NCBI RefSeq assembly: GCF_009914755.1
Contig: NC_060946.1
DNA length: 64,000 nucleotides
Source of the DNA: the human T2T-CHM13v2.0 reference genome, Homo sapiens
Reading direction: 5' to 3' (one strand)
The notes under the pieces were generated by a model. It worked only from the letters and a program-made list of their open reading frames with translations, made no database searches and had not been told where the DNA came from. How positions within the stretch are numbered: the first letter of the stretch is position 1; each line of letters begins with the position of its first letter. Shown here piece by piece: positions 28,892-42,075 of the stretch. The position numbers and the translations under genes were made by a program.

Positions 28892-29529
28892 TCGCCCTGG
28901 GAGGATGGCCCTGTGATGGCTGCCATGCTTCCTGCTGCATGGATTTGGGAAGCAGCGGAACCCCATCTGCAGGGACAGAGAAGGATAAAGACGACACACA
29001 GAGTGGGGCTGAGATCCGAGATGAAGAGAAAGTCCTGACAGTGTTTGCTGATTCTAGGACATTCCTGGGTTTATTTGTGCCTCTGGATTCCACAGGACAT
29101 TCCCCCTAGGTCTTGGGCTAAATCCTCATGGAACCATGCTTACACTGGTTTCTACTACCTGTTATCCAGGAGTCCTTCCTAATACCCTGTGTATCCCTCA
29201 TGGCCTTTGACTCTCCCCAATTCAATGTTGCTTCTCAGGGTGGATACAGTCTTCGGCATCCATTCTATTCTCCTTCTAATGTGCCTACCTGTTTTGGAAG
29301 GATCACAAAAAGCTAAATCCACATACCTAGACTTTTTGGGAGCTAAGGCTCCAGGGGTGATTTAGGCTTCCCAATGAGGGGCAATTGCGCAGGATTTGGG
29401 GGTGGAAGTGAGAGGCGGTTACACTCCATCTGCCTCCACTGCCACCAATGGGTTCTTCTGTGGAAGTGTTTACTGAGATCCTCGTTTCTGGTCCCTGGCT
29501 CTGTGTGTGTTGAGGGGCAGGATACAAGG

Positions 29530-29770
29530 CTTTTGGCAGGCTCCTGGATCAGATGGAGTGGGTTCAAGCCCCATATCTGCATTTCTAGCTGTGAGACTTT
29601 GGGTAAATAACTCATCTTCTCTGTGCCCTAATTTCCTCATCAGCAAGATGGGGATAGTGGTGGCACCTACATGACAGGGTAGCTGAGGTAATATATGTAA
29701 AGTGCTTAGGGAAGTACTTGGCACATAGTAAATTCTCAATCAATGCTAGCTATTATTATTACTATCACTA
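29530..29770 (+). mobile_element. MIR
   Basis: MIR core plus 3' end aaagtgctta..ggcacatagtaaattctcaat..gctattattatt. Confidence 0.85.
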
Positions 29771-29859
29771 CTATTAGCAGATCAAGCCCACAATGTTGCG
29801 GTGGGAAGCAAAATAATTTGTACGAATGACCTAGTGCAGGCTGGAACATCATTCCCGTA

Positions 29860-29905
29860 TTTGTTTGTTTGTTTTGTTTTTTGTTTGTTTGTTTGTTTGT
29901 TTTTT
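29860..29905. repeat. (TTTG)n microsatellite
   Basis: Read directly. Confidence 0.9.
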
Positions 29906-30429
29906 CCCCCAGCTTCCCTGCAAATCCAGCCCTGGAATTTGACGGCTCTGGAAATTCTGATTATCTAGAAGGGGATCTGTCTTAGTCCCAACATGACAGA
30001 TCTTCAAGCATCACCATCAGCTGACTGCCCTGAGGCCTCCCACGCTGACTCCTGAAACACGGTCAGCAGCCCCTAGCAGCCAGAGAGGTCATTGGGTCCC
30101 CCAGCCCACAGGGAGGCTGGTGACATTTTCATCCTTTTATGAGCTAATATCTTGGGCTCCCACTCATGTCTGGGAACTTGAACCACTCCAGCCTGCACCC
30201 TTATGTTGGTTTGCTGACAAAGCAGAGAGCTTAAGCTGGCTGACCCGAGGGCAGAGAAAGGGACCAGGACTTGTGGAGGAAGAGGCCCAGAGGCAGGGGG
30301 ATGGCAGCAAGGGGCTCCTGCCCAGGAAGCTCTATTTGGTGGGGAGAGGAGGGGGCCACGCCTGGCAGGATTTCCTAGAATCAGAGGTAGGCTCATGTAG
30401 TTCAACCCTCTCATTTTATTGTGTTTTTG

Positions 30430-30820
30430 TTTGTTAATTTTAAAATCGACTTTACTGGAGTATAATTTACATGCAATAAAGGCATCAGTTTTATGTGTTC
30501 AGATTTCACACATGAAATACTAATGGACTAATGGATACACATATGGGACCATGACCACAATCAAGAGATAGAACATTTCTAACATCCACGAAATTCCCTG
30601 ATGCCCACTGTAGTCATCCCAGATCCCAGGCAATCTCTTATCTGTTTTCTGCCACTGTAGAGTAATTTTGTCTTTGCTAGAGTTTCATATAAAAGTGCAA
30701 TTATGTGCAACTGGCTTGTTTTGCTCAGCATGAAGTTTTTGACACTCATCTATGTTGCTGCTTGTATCAACAGTTTGTCCTCTTTTGTTACTGCATAGTG
30801 TAGAGTACTTACCCCATTAT
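30430..30820 (-). mobile_element. L1ME/MD 3' end
   Basis: gtataatttacatgcaataaa..accacaatcaagagatagaacattt..gagtttcatat. Confidence 0.8.
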
Positions 30821-31663
30821 TTTGATAATATTATCCAACATTGTGGATTCATGTCAGACAAACACAGTGTTAATGCTTTGTATAATTTTTTTTCTCTGGG
30901 TCCCCACAATGATCTTATGAGACCATAAATGGAAAAAACTGAGGCTCAAGAATGATAATATAATTGTCCCAAAACAGGCAATGGGCAAAAAAATTAAAAC
31001 CTACATTTGAACCAAGACAATCTGAGTCCAGAATCTATGCCCTTAAGAATCATGCTGTACTGTCTCCTATTTTACAGACTGAGAAACAGAGACAGGAATG
31101 GAAACAATTTGACCAGCATTATATTGTATTGCAGCAGAATATTTTGAGAATCTAAGGGCTCAGATTCCTAGCATATCATGTGACTTCCTTTAAAACGGGC
31201 CTAAAGACCCCACCAACCCCTTCCTTACTTGCCTGAAGCCTGTGTATTCTTCAAATGCTTTCCTATTCTTTTTTCACTAAACATTTACCAGCTCAGGGCC
31301 AGGCATACCAGTAAGCAAGCAGACAGACCTCTCTGAACATAAATCAATGGGTCCAAAACACCAGCCACAGAAAAACAGAAAGGGGAGAATTGCAAACAAC
31401 AGTTCAGAATTTTTGTGTGTGCTAAGTTCAAAATGTTCAGTGACGGTGTAGACCCAAAGGGCCAATTGGAGCTGAGCTCCCAATCCAACTAATTTTTATA
31501 GAACAGTCTTAATAGGTCAGCTCAGTCTTATAGACTGTCATATTTATCACCCAAACCTCAAAACAACCCAAGAGGTTAGGTACTTGTATTCTCCTCATTT
31601 TGCTAAAAAGGAAACTGAGGGTTGGTGAAGCTAAGTGATGTGACTGAGCCATTCTTCTGGATC

Positions 31664-31983
31664 TTTTCTTTTCTTTTTTTTTTAATTATACTTTAAGTTT
31701 TAGGGTACATGTGCACAACGTGCAGGTTAGTTACATATGTATACATGTGCCATGTTGGTGTGCTGCACCCATTAACTCGTCATTTAACCTTAGGTATATC
31801 TCCTAATGCTATCCCTCCCCCTCCCCCAACCCCACAACAGGCCCCGGTGTGTGATGTTCCCCTTCCTGTGTCCATGTGTTCTCACTGTTCAATTCCCACC
31901 TATGAGTGAGAACATGCGGTGCTTGGTTTTTTGTCCTTGCGATAGTTTGCTGAGAATGATGGTTTCCAGCTTCATCCATGTCC
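31664..31983 (-). mobile_element. Young L1PA (about PA3) 3' fragment
   Basis: ttatactttaagttttagggtacatgtgcacaacgtgcaggttag; near-consensus 3'UTR; flanking atctttt repeat. Confidence 0.95.
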
Positions 31984-32089
31984 ATCTTTTCTATACATAG
32001 TCTCATTCTCAAATCCTTTTCAAAGGAGGTGAGGGAGCTATATCTATTCCTGTCCACCTAAATAATGGTTTCAGAGACGGTATTAACTA

Positions 32090-32420
32090 CCATATCTCCC
32101 CATGCTCCTCTCCACTTCCCATCCTCCCTAGAGATCAGGACCAGGACCCTGACTCATTCTGAGAAATGGACTATGAGCAAAGGGGTTGAGATGTCACTTC
32201 TGGGCAGGTCAGAGCTGATGTGCCTCCTCCACATTGCTCTGCTTTTCTGCCATGATGATCATGGAGGCCATGCGCTCCAGAGGATGTGGTGGCCAGATGC
32301 AGGAGGACTGCCTGGCCCGTATCAGATCTCACATTGTGACATCTTCTTGTGGTAAGCCACTGAGATTCCCAGGGTTTTTCTGTTGTAGCAACTAATTATC
32401 AATTATCCTGGTAGTAATAC
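32090..32420 (+). mobile_element. Old MLT1-type LTR fragment
   Basis: gatgtcacttctgggc..tgccatgatgatcatggaggcca..taagccactgagattc. Confidence 0.6.
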
Positions 32421-33425
32421 GGTCATCATAACCACAGCTACCACCACTTGTTTAACGTTGACCCCGTACCAAGCACTATGCTAAGCACTCCACATCTGCC
32501 AAGTCCTTACATTTTAGTCGCTTACCTGCACTTATCAGATGTGTGGTTTCAAGAGGGCTCTGGGTTTGTTAATAACATATGAGGGAAAGACTCTCTCTGG
32601 GAGGCAGGATTCTCAGCCCTAAGCGACTCTACTACCAGAGATAACACCTGCAGAGGCACAAGCCTGACAAATGCCTGTTCCCATGAGTGTGAACACGATG
32701 TCACTAAGTAGAATGCAGACTTACTTCATCAATGAGCAAGAAACACAGCGTTCAAAGAGGAAAAAGAAATTGACAGGTGGGATCCTTCCCTCTCCCCACT
32801 GGCAAATGCAAAGCGCCAAGATGAAGCTCCTGCTGCATGACTCTGAATTTGAAGAAAGTGCTTCCTGATATCTGATTTCCTGTAAAAATGAATCCCTTCC
32901 AGTTATTCCCTGTTGGCTTCCTGTTGTTCTTAGGAATGACATCCTGGGCTCCCACTTGAAGTTCACAGGCAGGGGTAGGTTTTGGTGGAGGGGATGTGTG
33001 AACCAAGTATTAATGCATGAGTAGGAATTTGCCAGCCAGAGAAGGGAAAACAGAACATTCCAGAATAAAAGAACAGCAGGCAAAGACATGGGATTATCAG
33101 AAGAGAGGAGTTAGCATTTTAAAAAATGATCATTAAAAGCTCAGTGTAGCTGAAACACAAAGTGTGTGACAGAGATCAGGCTGGAGACTTAGGTGGTGAG
33201 GGAGGCCCTCCTGGACCAGCAGAGTCTGGGACCTCCCAGGTGAGTGGGTCTAATCCTGCATTCAGGTAGGAGCCCACTCACCTGCAGATATAAGCTGAAT
33301 ATTCCAGCCTAACTTTTCTTATGTAATAAAGGTGATATTTTCTTTCCCATCTGCTCATTCTTTTTTCTTATTTCTTAATTGGTTTGAAATTTTGGCAGGA
33401 AAGAGGGGATGTTACTTATTGTGTC

Positions 33426-33802
33426 TGATATGGGTTTGGCTGTGTCCCAATCCAAATGTCATCTTGAATTATAGATCCCATAATTCCCATGTGTTGTGGA
33501 AGAGACCTGGTGGGAGATAATTGAATCACAGGGGGGGGGCGGTTTCCCCCATACTGTTCTCGTGATAGTAAATAAGTCTCATGAGATCTGATGATTTTAG
33601 AAGGGGTTTCCCCTTTCACTTGGCTCTCATTCTCTCTCTTGTCTGCCACCATGTAAGATGTGCCTTTTGCCTTCCGCCATGATTGTGAGGCCTCCCCAGC
33701 CACATGGAACTGTGAGTCCATTAAACCCCCCCTTTTTTTTTTTTTATAAATTACCCAGTCTCGGGTATGTCTTTATCAGCAGTGTGAAAATGAAGTAATA
33801 CA
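33426..33802 (+). mobile_element. THE1B-type solo LTR
   Basis: tgatatgg..taataca termini; perfect 5-bp TSD GTGTC. Confidence 0.96.
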
Positions 33803-34249
33803 GTGTCCCTTCAAAGTCCCCAGCAGTGGCTACTACCTTCAACTCCATTTCACAGATGAGGAAACTGAGGCTCAGAGCACTGAAGTTACTTTAATCTGGT
33901 TGTATCCATTACTGATATCTACCTGGTCCACACAGGTGTGGCTGTACCAGCTGTTAAAATGTTCAGATATTGTGTGTTGGTTGAGAATTAGCTGCTTCCC
34001 TGATCCCCCACCTCCACCTCTACCCCATGATCCAAAAACCAAAAGGATAACATCAGGCACAGCAGGGGCTTTTTTACTGTGCTCCAAAGCTGTAATTGAC
34101 TAGTTAGTTCCTGAACCATGTCATTTGTTAAATATTTTGAGTATTACCCCTAGTTACATGGCTGATGGATGCCAACATTAGTTTGAGCCCATGTGTAGCT
34201 GGCTCTAATGCCAGTGCTCTTTTCATGCTATGAGCCACGTCAAGCCCAG

Positions 34250-35290
34250 AACAAGTGAAGAATAGTCCTGCTGCACCCCCTACACATGTCGGACCACTAT
34301 GAAGTCTCGGGTTCAACTTTGGAAGACATACATTGAGAAAGATGCTAAATCCCTGGAATTGTCCAGAGGAGAGTGACAGAGGTAAAGAATGACTTGAAAC
34401 CACATCATATAAGGAAATGCTGGCAGCATTAGGGATGTTAACCTGGTGAAGAGAAGATTCAGGGGACCTGAGAACTGTCTTCTAATATTTGAAGGGCAGG
34501 TGTGTGAAGAGGGTTAGACTCAAAATGGAACTTGCACCAACAGGTGTAATTAGCAGCCAATTTGGTGCTTGTTCATTCACTAGATAAATACTTTCTGGAC
34601 AACTGTTCTGTGCAGGTGCTAAACTGGGCCCGAGAGGTGCAATGTGGAACATGAATAAGGAGCTGCCACTCACTGGGGAGATGGGCACATCAACAGATGA
34701 TTACAGCACAAAAATGAGAGGTGCTGGAGAAGCTTGGGGAATGGAACCCTGAAACCCTTTGAGGGAACTGGTCACGCTCTTGGAGAATAAGAGTTTTGAT
34801 CAGAATCTTAGAGAATGTGTAGGAGATTGCCAATCAGAGAAGGGAAGAGAGATGGAACAGCATATGCAAAATAGCAGAGTTGTAAAAGGATGCACAACAT
34901 TTAAAAACAGGTGAGACGCAGAGTGTGGCTGGAATACCAGACTTGGGGGCAGAAATGCAGCTGGAAATTGCAGATGTCTTAGGAGTTTGGACATAACCCT
35001 GGGGTCAATGAGGAAAGACTGAAAGTTAACTAACAGGGAAATGATCTGATTGGGATGCTTTTGCAGGCTCAGATTTGAGTTCAGTTCAAGAAGACCTTTT
35101 CTTGAATTACAGCCATTCAGAGATGAGGTGGGCTGCCCAGGAGGTGGTGAGCTCTCTGCCACTGGAGGCATTCGAGAAGAGATGGGAGGGCTATTTTGAA
35201 GGGATGTTAGCCAACAGATCCCAGTATCCAAAGAAGGATCAAATGAGGTGATCTGGATGGTCCATTCCAACCTTGGGCTTCTCTGAGAAC
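34250..35290 (+). mobile_element. L3/CR1 3' region split by an antisense L2 (~34570-35060)
   Basis: gtccagaggagagtgac..tggtgaagagaagattcagggg..tatttgaaggg, resuming as ggtggtgagctctctgccactggagg..ccattccaacc. Confidence 0.7.
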
Positions 35291-35540
35291 TGAAAATCGC
35301 AGTCCCGTGGGGGCTGCAGGCAATGGGGACAAAAGAAGGTTTGAGGCACAGTAGGGTGGGCACTGTAGATAAATGTTACCATTTAGGCTTTGGCTTAATT
35401 TTATTTCCAGATGGCTGAGAAAAGGGAGACACTGGATCAGGGCATGAGGAACAGGTTCCAAATGTCTTCCCCCAAAACACTGGGAGATGCAGAGTTGACA
35501 ATAATAGGCTGGTACTTACAGACATGAGCACTGTTCTTAG

Positions 35541-36010
<470 letters not shown>

Positions 36011-36347
36011 TCTAAAGCCCAATTCTTAAACACGATACCATACCAATCTGTGCCTTTCCTCATAGGACAAGCTCTAAGAATTAGTAGAAACCTTTGTCAA
36101 TAGCGAAATTAGTGGGAGACAGTGTTCACTTTATAGATCAGTTTCTCATAGGGTCTCTTTAACTAGTATCTTCCCAAACATCTATTATTAATCAGATTAC
36201 AGTCAAATGTCCCAAGCCAAAGGGTTCCAAACTCTTCCTCTTAACTAAGATAAGGCAAAGAGGAAATTAGTTATTTGACCCAAGTATTTACCTTTCTAGT
36301 TTAACACTTTCCATTTTTCCAGACAGGAAGTTAAAGCACCAAGCCCT

Positions 36348-36715
<368 letters not shown>

Positions 36716-37906
36716 TCAGCTTGGATTCTTATAGGATCTCATGGAAATCTCTGGAAAAGAAGAGAACAGGACAGAAGACCTGGCTCAACACAGAGCTTCA
36801 ATACTCGCTGGCTTGGCAGTGGAGGCAAGGAAAAGAATGGTTGGGAGAGGATGGGAAATGAAGGGAGGATCTTACACCAAGGACACTGCTGTTTGAATAC
36901 CTAGTCTCTGCCAGGCACAGACATGTTCTTTCTCCCTCTATAGACAAGGAAACTGAGGATCAGAGTAGAAAAGCAATTCAGCCAAGGTCACCCAGTGAGG
37001 AAGCACATGAGCTGGGATGTGAATTTAGCTCTGCCTGAGTCCAAAGCCCATGTTCTTTCCATTTTATCCTACAGCCTTCCCATTTCACCTCCTTGGCCTT
37101 GTTTTCTCCTCAGCAACCAGAAGTCCACGTTATTAACAACTTTCCCCATTGTGCATAGTATGCTTTAAAATATTCCGTCTTATCACGCCATTAATAGCAA
37201 CACTAGCAACAAAAACAGCTCACACGAATAGCTATAAGGTCCCTGGAACTGTTCTAAGCCTTTTATAAGTATTAGCTCATTAAATCCTCACTAAGACCCT
37301 ATCACGTATGATGCCCTCCGTTTATAGGGAAGAAATCAGAGAAAGTAAGTAACTTACCCAAAGTAACATGGTGAATTGTCCATTCAATAATAGTGAATAA
37401 TAACAAATCAATGAAAACCTTGAAGTAATTGAAGACTGCTCCAATTACCAATCAAGTGATCAATATGAGATAATCAGCATTTTTTTAACACTAGCTATTT
37501 CAGTTACCCCCTGAGTGAGTATAAATGTATGATTCATATGTGGCTTTGGGAAATCTAGGAAGTTGCCAGTGGATGCCTAAGCCCTGGTGGGGAAGGGGGT
37601 GGCCTTGTGAGATGTCACAGTCATCTGATGCCTAGTATCCCAGCTCCAATTCTGAACATTCAATGTCTCACCAGCAGAACGGAAATAAAGGAACAACCCT
37701 TGGCTGGCTTCTGCAGACAATTCTGGGCCATCCTGGTGCCCCGAGCCAGCTAGTGGCCTAGAATCCCTTCTAACCAGGGGCAGTGGACACAGAGGAAGGA
37801 AAGAAAGGTTGGAGACAGAGGAGAGGGAGGGAGCATTAGGGAGAGAGAGAGGTGGAGGAGACGCTGAAGGCTGAGACAACCGTCCATGCTGCCTGCTGCC
37901 CACCTG

Positions 37907-37940
37907 CTTGGGAAGAGGTAAGTCTTGGGAAGAGGTAAGT
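37907..37940. repeat. Exact 17-bp tandem duplication (cttgggaagaggtaagt)x2
   Basis: Read directly. Confidence 0.95.
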
Positions 37941-40900
37941 TCTAGCAATTTCACCAGCCACTTGCCCACCTGAGCTAGATAGGGTGGGTGGTCAGTATCC
38001 TTGGGGCTCAGGTGACAGTTGTCTTTAGCTGCCTCTCCCCTTGGACTCTAATTTGCACAGATGAGCTTGAAGGCCCGCCTGGGAGGTCAACATCTCCTCC
38101 CTCTCCTGTTCCTTCCCTCCTGGAGACTGGGCGGCCTGAGGCAACTGCAGAAGGCAATGAGTTGGTCTTCCTGGGGTCCAAGCCTCCTTTTGGGGGCCTC
38201 TTTTTCATCTTGGTGGCAACTGTTTCCCTCCAGAGGCTACAGGTGTCATGGAAAACCCAGCTCTGGACTCAAACAGACCTAGGTTTGAATCCTGACTCAT
38301 CACTACTACCTGCGTGATCTTGAGCAAATGAATTTTCAGAGAGAATAAGAGGTACCACACCAGCCGGGTGGAGGGATTATTCATGAGATGATGACCCCTT
38401 TCGTGCCCAGGCCACCCCTTGCTCTCACTCCCCCTTCTCAGTGCAAACCTACTGTAGAGAGTGGCTTGTACATCAGTGCCCTCAGGAGTTAAGAGCAGAT
38501 GCTACCTTCTCTGCATTTTGATAGAGAACAAACAACTCTATGAACGTGTTTACCAGAAGTTTAAGCAAATCTCTTTCCCTCGTTGGGGACTCATTTTTCC
38601 CTTCAAAATGTGGAAATGGATGGCAGACCTAGATGATTCCAGAAATTATTCTGAGTCTGAGAGACTGGGCACTCCCAGGAGCCCAGTCCAAGCTAAATTG
38701 TAATAGACAAATCACCAACGGGAAGCGATCTATGAGAGCCGTTCCCTGTTATTCCAGCTCTACTCATTAATGCCTGCTTCATACCTAACAGTATGCTGGG
38801 TATCGAGTGAGCTAACAGGCCGTGTAATAATAGCTAAATGTCACCATTCCTGAGGGCCTAGTGTGCTAAGAAATTCATCTATTTAATCTTCAGAACCCAA
38901 TCCTCTCCTTATCTTCATTTCACAGGTTAATAAGTAAGAGACGGTCAAATGCAAATTTGGGTCTAGTGGACCCTCAAGTCCATGCTTTCACCCAACATGC
39001 TACTGTGAGTGTCTCTCTCTTACCGCAGGACTCTGTCAACCCGGAGAAGCAGCTCACTGTGTCGGTAAGGAGACAGGATGTTGGGCAGAAACCCCGCTGA
39101 GAACTAACACCACCACCACCACCACCAAGGGCAAGCTCAGGAACAATGATGGTGTGGGCGATTGCCCACGCAGCAGGGTGGTCTGACAAGAGGGCAGACC
39201 CAGGCAGAAAAGACACACAGAGACCGGCAGGGAGCAGAGAGAGGAGAGTGGGAGAGCCGGGGAGTCGGGCTTGTCCAGGAAGACTTTCTGGAAGGTGAAG
39301 GAAGGAAAGCAATGTTTACGGGGCACCCAGCACTCTGTGCTAGGCATTTCAGAGAAGTGATTTCATTTATCAAAATGTTAGGATGGCTCTGTGAGGGAAG
39401 AAACGGCACTCTTCTGACGGGTTAGGAATGATGGGCTGGGAAAGGGAATCAGTGGTGCAGAAGTTCACTGCTAGGAACCAGGAGGAGCCAGGATTTGAAT
39501 CCAGCCAGCAGGGATGAGGGTCTCTCTCTCTCTAAACTCTGCGCTCCCAGCACCCAGCTTCCCATCCAGAGCAGATGGAGAGCCTGGACTTTTGCTTTCA
39601 CTGATATTGGCTCCTGTTCCCCATGCACACCCTCAGCTCCCCCAGCTTAAGTGGGTTGTGAAGTCACCGCCTGTCTTTCCTGCCAGCTGCTTCAGCCTCA
39701 GGCCGCACATCTGGAGGGTGGGACTCCACCCGTCTTCAAACCAGATGTTCGGGGGTGGAGGGGGTGGATGGCGGACTGTCACTGACCAATGCCTCCTGTT
39801 TGTCTCTTCTCTGGTAATCCTCTTTCCTTTCTTGTCCAGGGAATGTGCAGCTTTGGGCAGGGGCCTTGTCAGATTCCCTCAGTAGCTTCCCCCTCCCACT
39901 GCTCCGGGAACTGGTGACTGGAAACTCGGAGAGGTCTGCAAGACGCAGCCACTGCACGGCCCTGGGTTAGTCACAGCAAAGGTATCTGGCACCTCCAAGT
40001 ACCTGCAGAGCCTTCCTGGGAGGGGAAGGGGAAGAGAGGAGACAGAGGCAGAGAGAGAAACGGACACGTACACCCAGATAGAGAGCAGAGAAAAACACAG
40101 AGGTGGGGAGAGAATAAGAGGCAGAAGGGAGAAAAAAGCAATATGGAGAAAGAAACGCAGACAGGAATAGAGGCAGAAAGCCAGGAAGAGAGCGAGGAGG
40201 ACAGAGGCAGGATCAAAAGGCAGGAAAGAGAAGACGCTCCAGCCAGCGTGGTGCCGACCAGTCATTCCTGCTGCTTAGAAGGCAATTTTATAAAAGAAAA
40301 GAGGAGAGGACAAGGAAACAGTTACTCCTAAGTAATGAAATTGACTTTCCAGTTTGAAGTTGGATGTTGACTCAGGGCTCTTTGACTTTTGAAATCAATT
40401 TTTCAGTTTCATAGTCACCTCTTAAGAATTGTTGTCCAAACTCAGTTTCCTTATCTGTAAAACAAGTTAAGTGACGGTCAGTTCACAGAGTTGCTATGAG
40501 GACTGAGCGGGTTGCAGGAGCCCGCATAGACTGTGAGATGCTGCACAAGGATCAGGTCCACGGTTGCAGCCTAAGGGGCAGAAGAAAAGGAGCTCCAAGA
40601 ATCCCCCTTTGGGTTGACTTTTATGACCAGCTGGTGCCCTTTCCCAGACAGTTGGTCTGATTGGAAATGGATCCCCAAGAAGAAAACATTAATCTTCACA
40701 TAAAAGATGCCCAATATTTTCAGTAGATCCAGCTGGGTAACCATGAGAAAGTCACTTCAGCTCTCTGGGTCTCTTTGAAATGACAGCTGGACTAAATAAT
40801 ATTTTAAAGCTACCTTTAGCTTAAAGCGTGGACAAACCCATGACCACAGGGATGAGGAGGTGCTAGTGTGGTGAAGGCTTCACCATGGGATGAAGGCTTT

Positions 40901-41660
40901 CATATTTGGATGTGACTGGGTGAGGGTTGGGCTCTTCTCAGATGTCCCTTCCTCCAGGAAGCCTTCTCTGATTCTTCCAGCACAGGTACAGTGTCTTCCT
41001 CTGGGCCCCCAGTCCAGTGCTACCCTAACATGTGTTATGGTTGTCTGTGAGATGACTGTTTCCTAACTGGACCATGAGCTCCTGAGGGCAGAGACTACCT
41101 TGTTCAGCCCCAGGTGCCCAGGGCCCAGGGCCTGGCATTTGCAGGTGGTCAGTGGATGCTTGTGGACTTGAATGGGACTGAATTGCCAGCCCACATTCTT
41201 TCCCATTAAGCCAGACATTTTCAAGGAGGAAGGGCTGGGGCCAGGCTTAGCCGCCGGAGGCTTTGGAAGCAACCTTTGGACAATTTGTGCTGTGCTCCAA
41301 ATGCTTTCTGGGAGCCAACTGAGATTCCAGGGCAGCTGAGAGCCAAAAAGGGCGGGAGGTAGACTCCCTGGCTGGAGGGAGCCTGGGTGGGGTGGGGGAC
41401 AAGAAAGGGGAACTACCTCAACACAATGGCTAGCATTTCTCCTGCATTTTCTACTTTACATAATATTTCCACAACACCATTTTGTTTGAGCCTCATGCGA
41501 ATCCCAGGGCTAAGTAGAGCAGTTCAATAGCACGATTTTTCTTTTTCAGACAAGTCGGACAAGACTGAGAGAGGCGAAGTGACTTGCCAGAAGTCACACA
41601 GCCAGATTTGAAGTTGAATCTTGAATCCTCAGATTTCAGGTCCAGTGTTCTTCCAAGACC

Positions 41661-41722
41661 AAAAACAAAACAAAACAAAACAAAACAAAACAAAACAAAA
41701 CAAAACAAATCAAAACAAAAAA
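41661..41722. repeat. (AAAAC)n microsatellite
   Basis: Read directly. Confidence 0.96.
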
Positions 41723-41839
41723 ATTGGGAGGTGATGTCCATGGGTCTGTGTTATTTTCCCATTCATTGGTAGCTTAATGAATTGTTCTGTCTTTCTCATC
41801 CCATCAATATTTAAAAATTACCACAATTGGGGCTGCTAT

Positions 41840-42075
41840 TGATGGGACACCGGTAAAGTGCTTTGTTGTAAGTCCTTTATCAACATTATTATATTTAATC
41901 TGATCGATGACCCTATAAGACAGGTTCTATTACTAACCCTATTTTACAGATGAGGAAAGTGAGGCTCAGAAGGAATAAGGAACCAACTAAAAATCATAAA
42001 GCCAATGAGTAGCCTAGATTTGAACCCAAGATGTGAGACTCCAGAGTCTGAGCTCTCAACCACCCACCATGCTGC
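41840..42075 (-). mobile_element. MIR
   Basis: attttacagatgaggaaagtgaggctcaga..gatttgaaccc. Confidence 0.85.

Noticed and set aside
34800-35363. 187-aa minus-strand ORF
   Set aside because: Runs across L3 and L2 fossils; no recognisable protein features
40869-40903. Palindrome tggtgaag-g-cttcacca and its degenerate neighbour
   Set aside because: Arms of 8 bp or less can arise by chance in 64 kb
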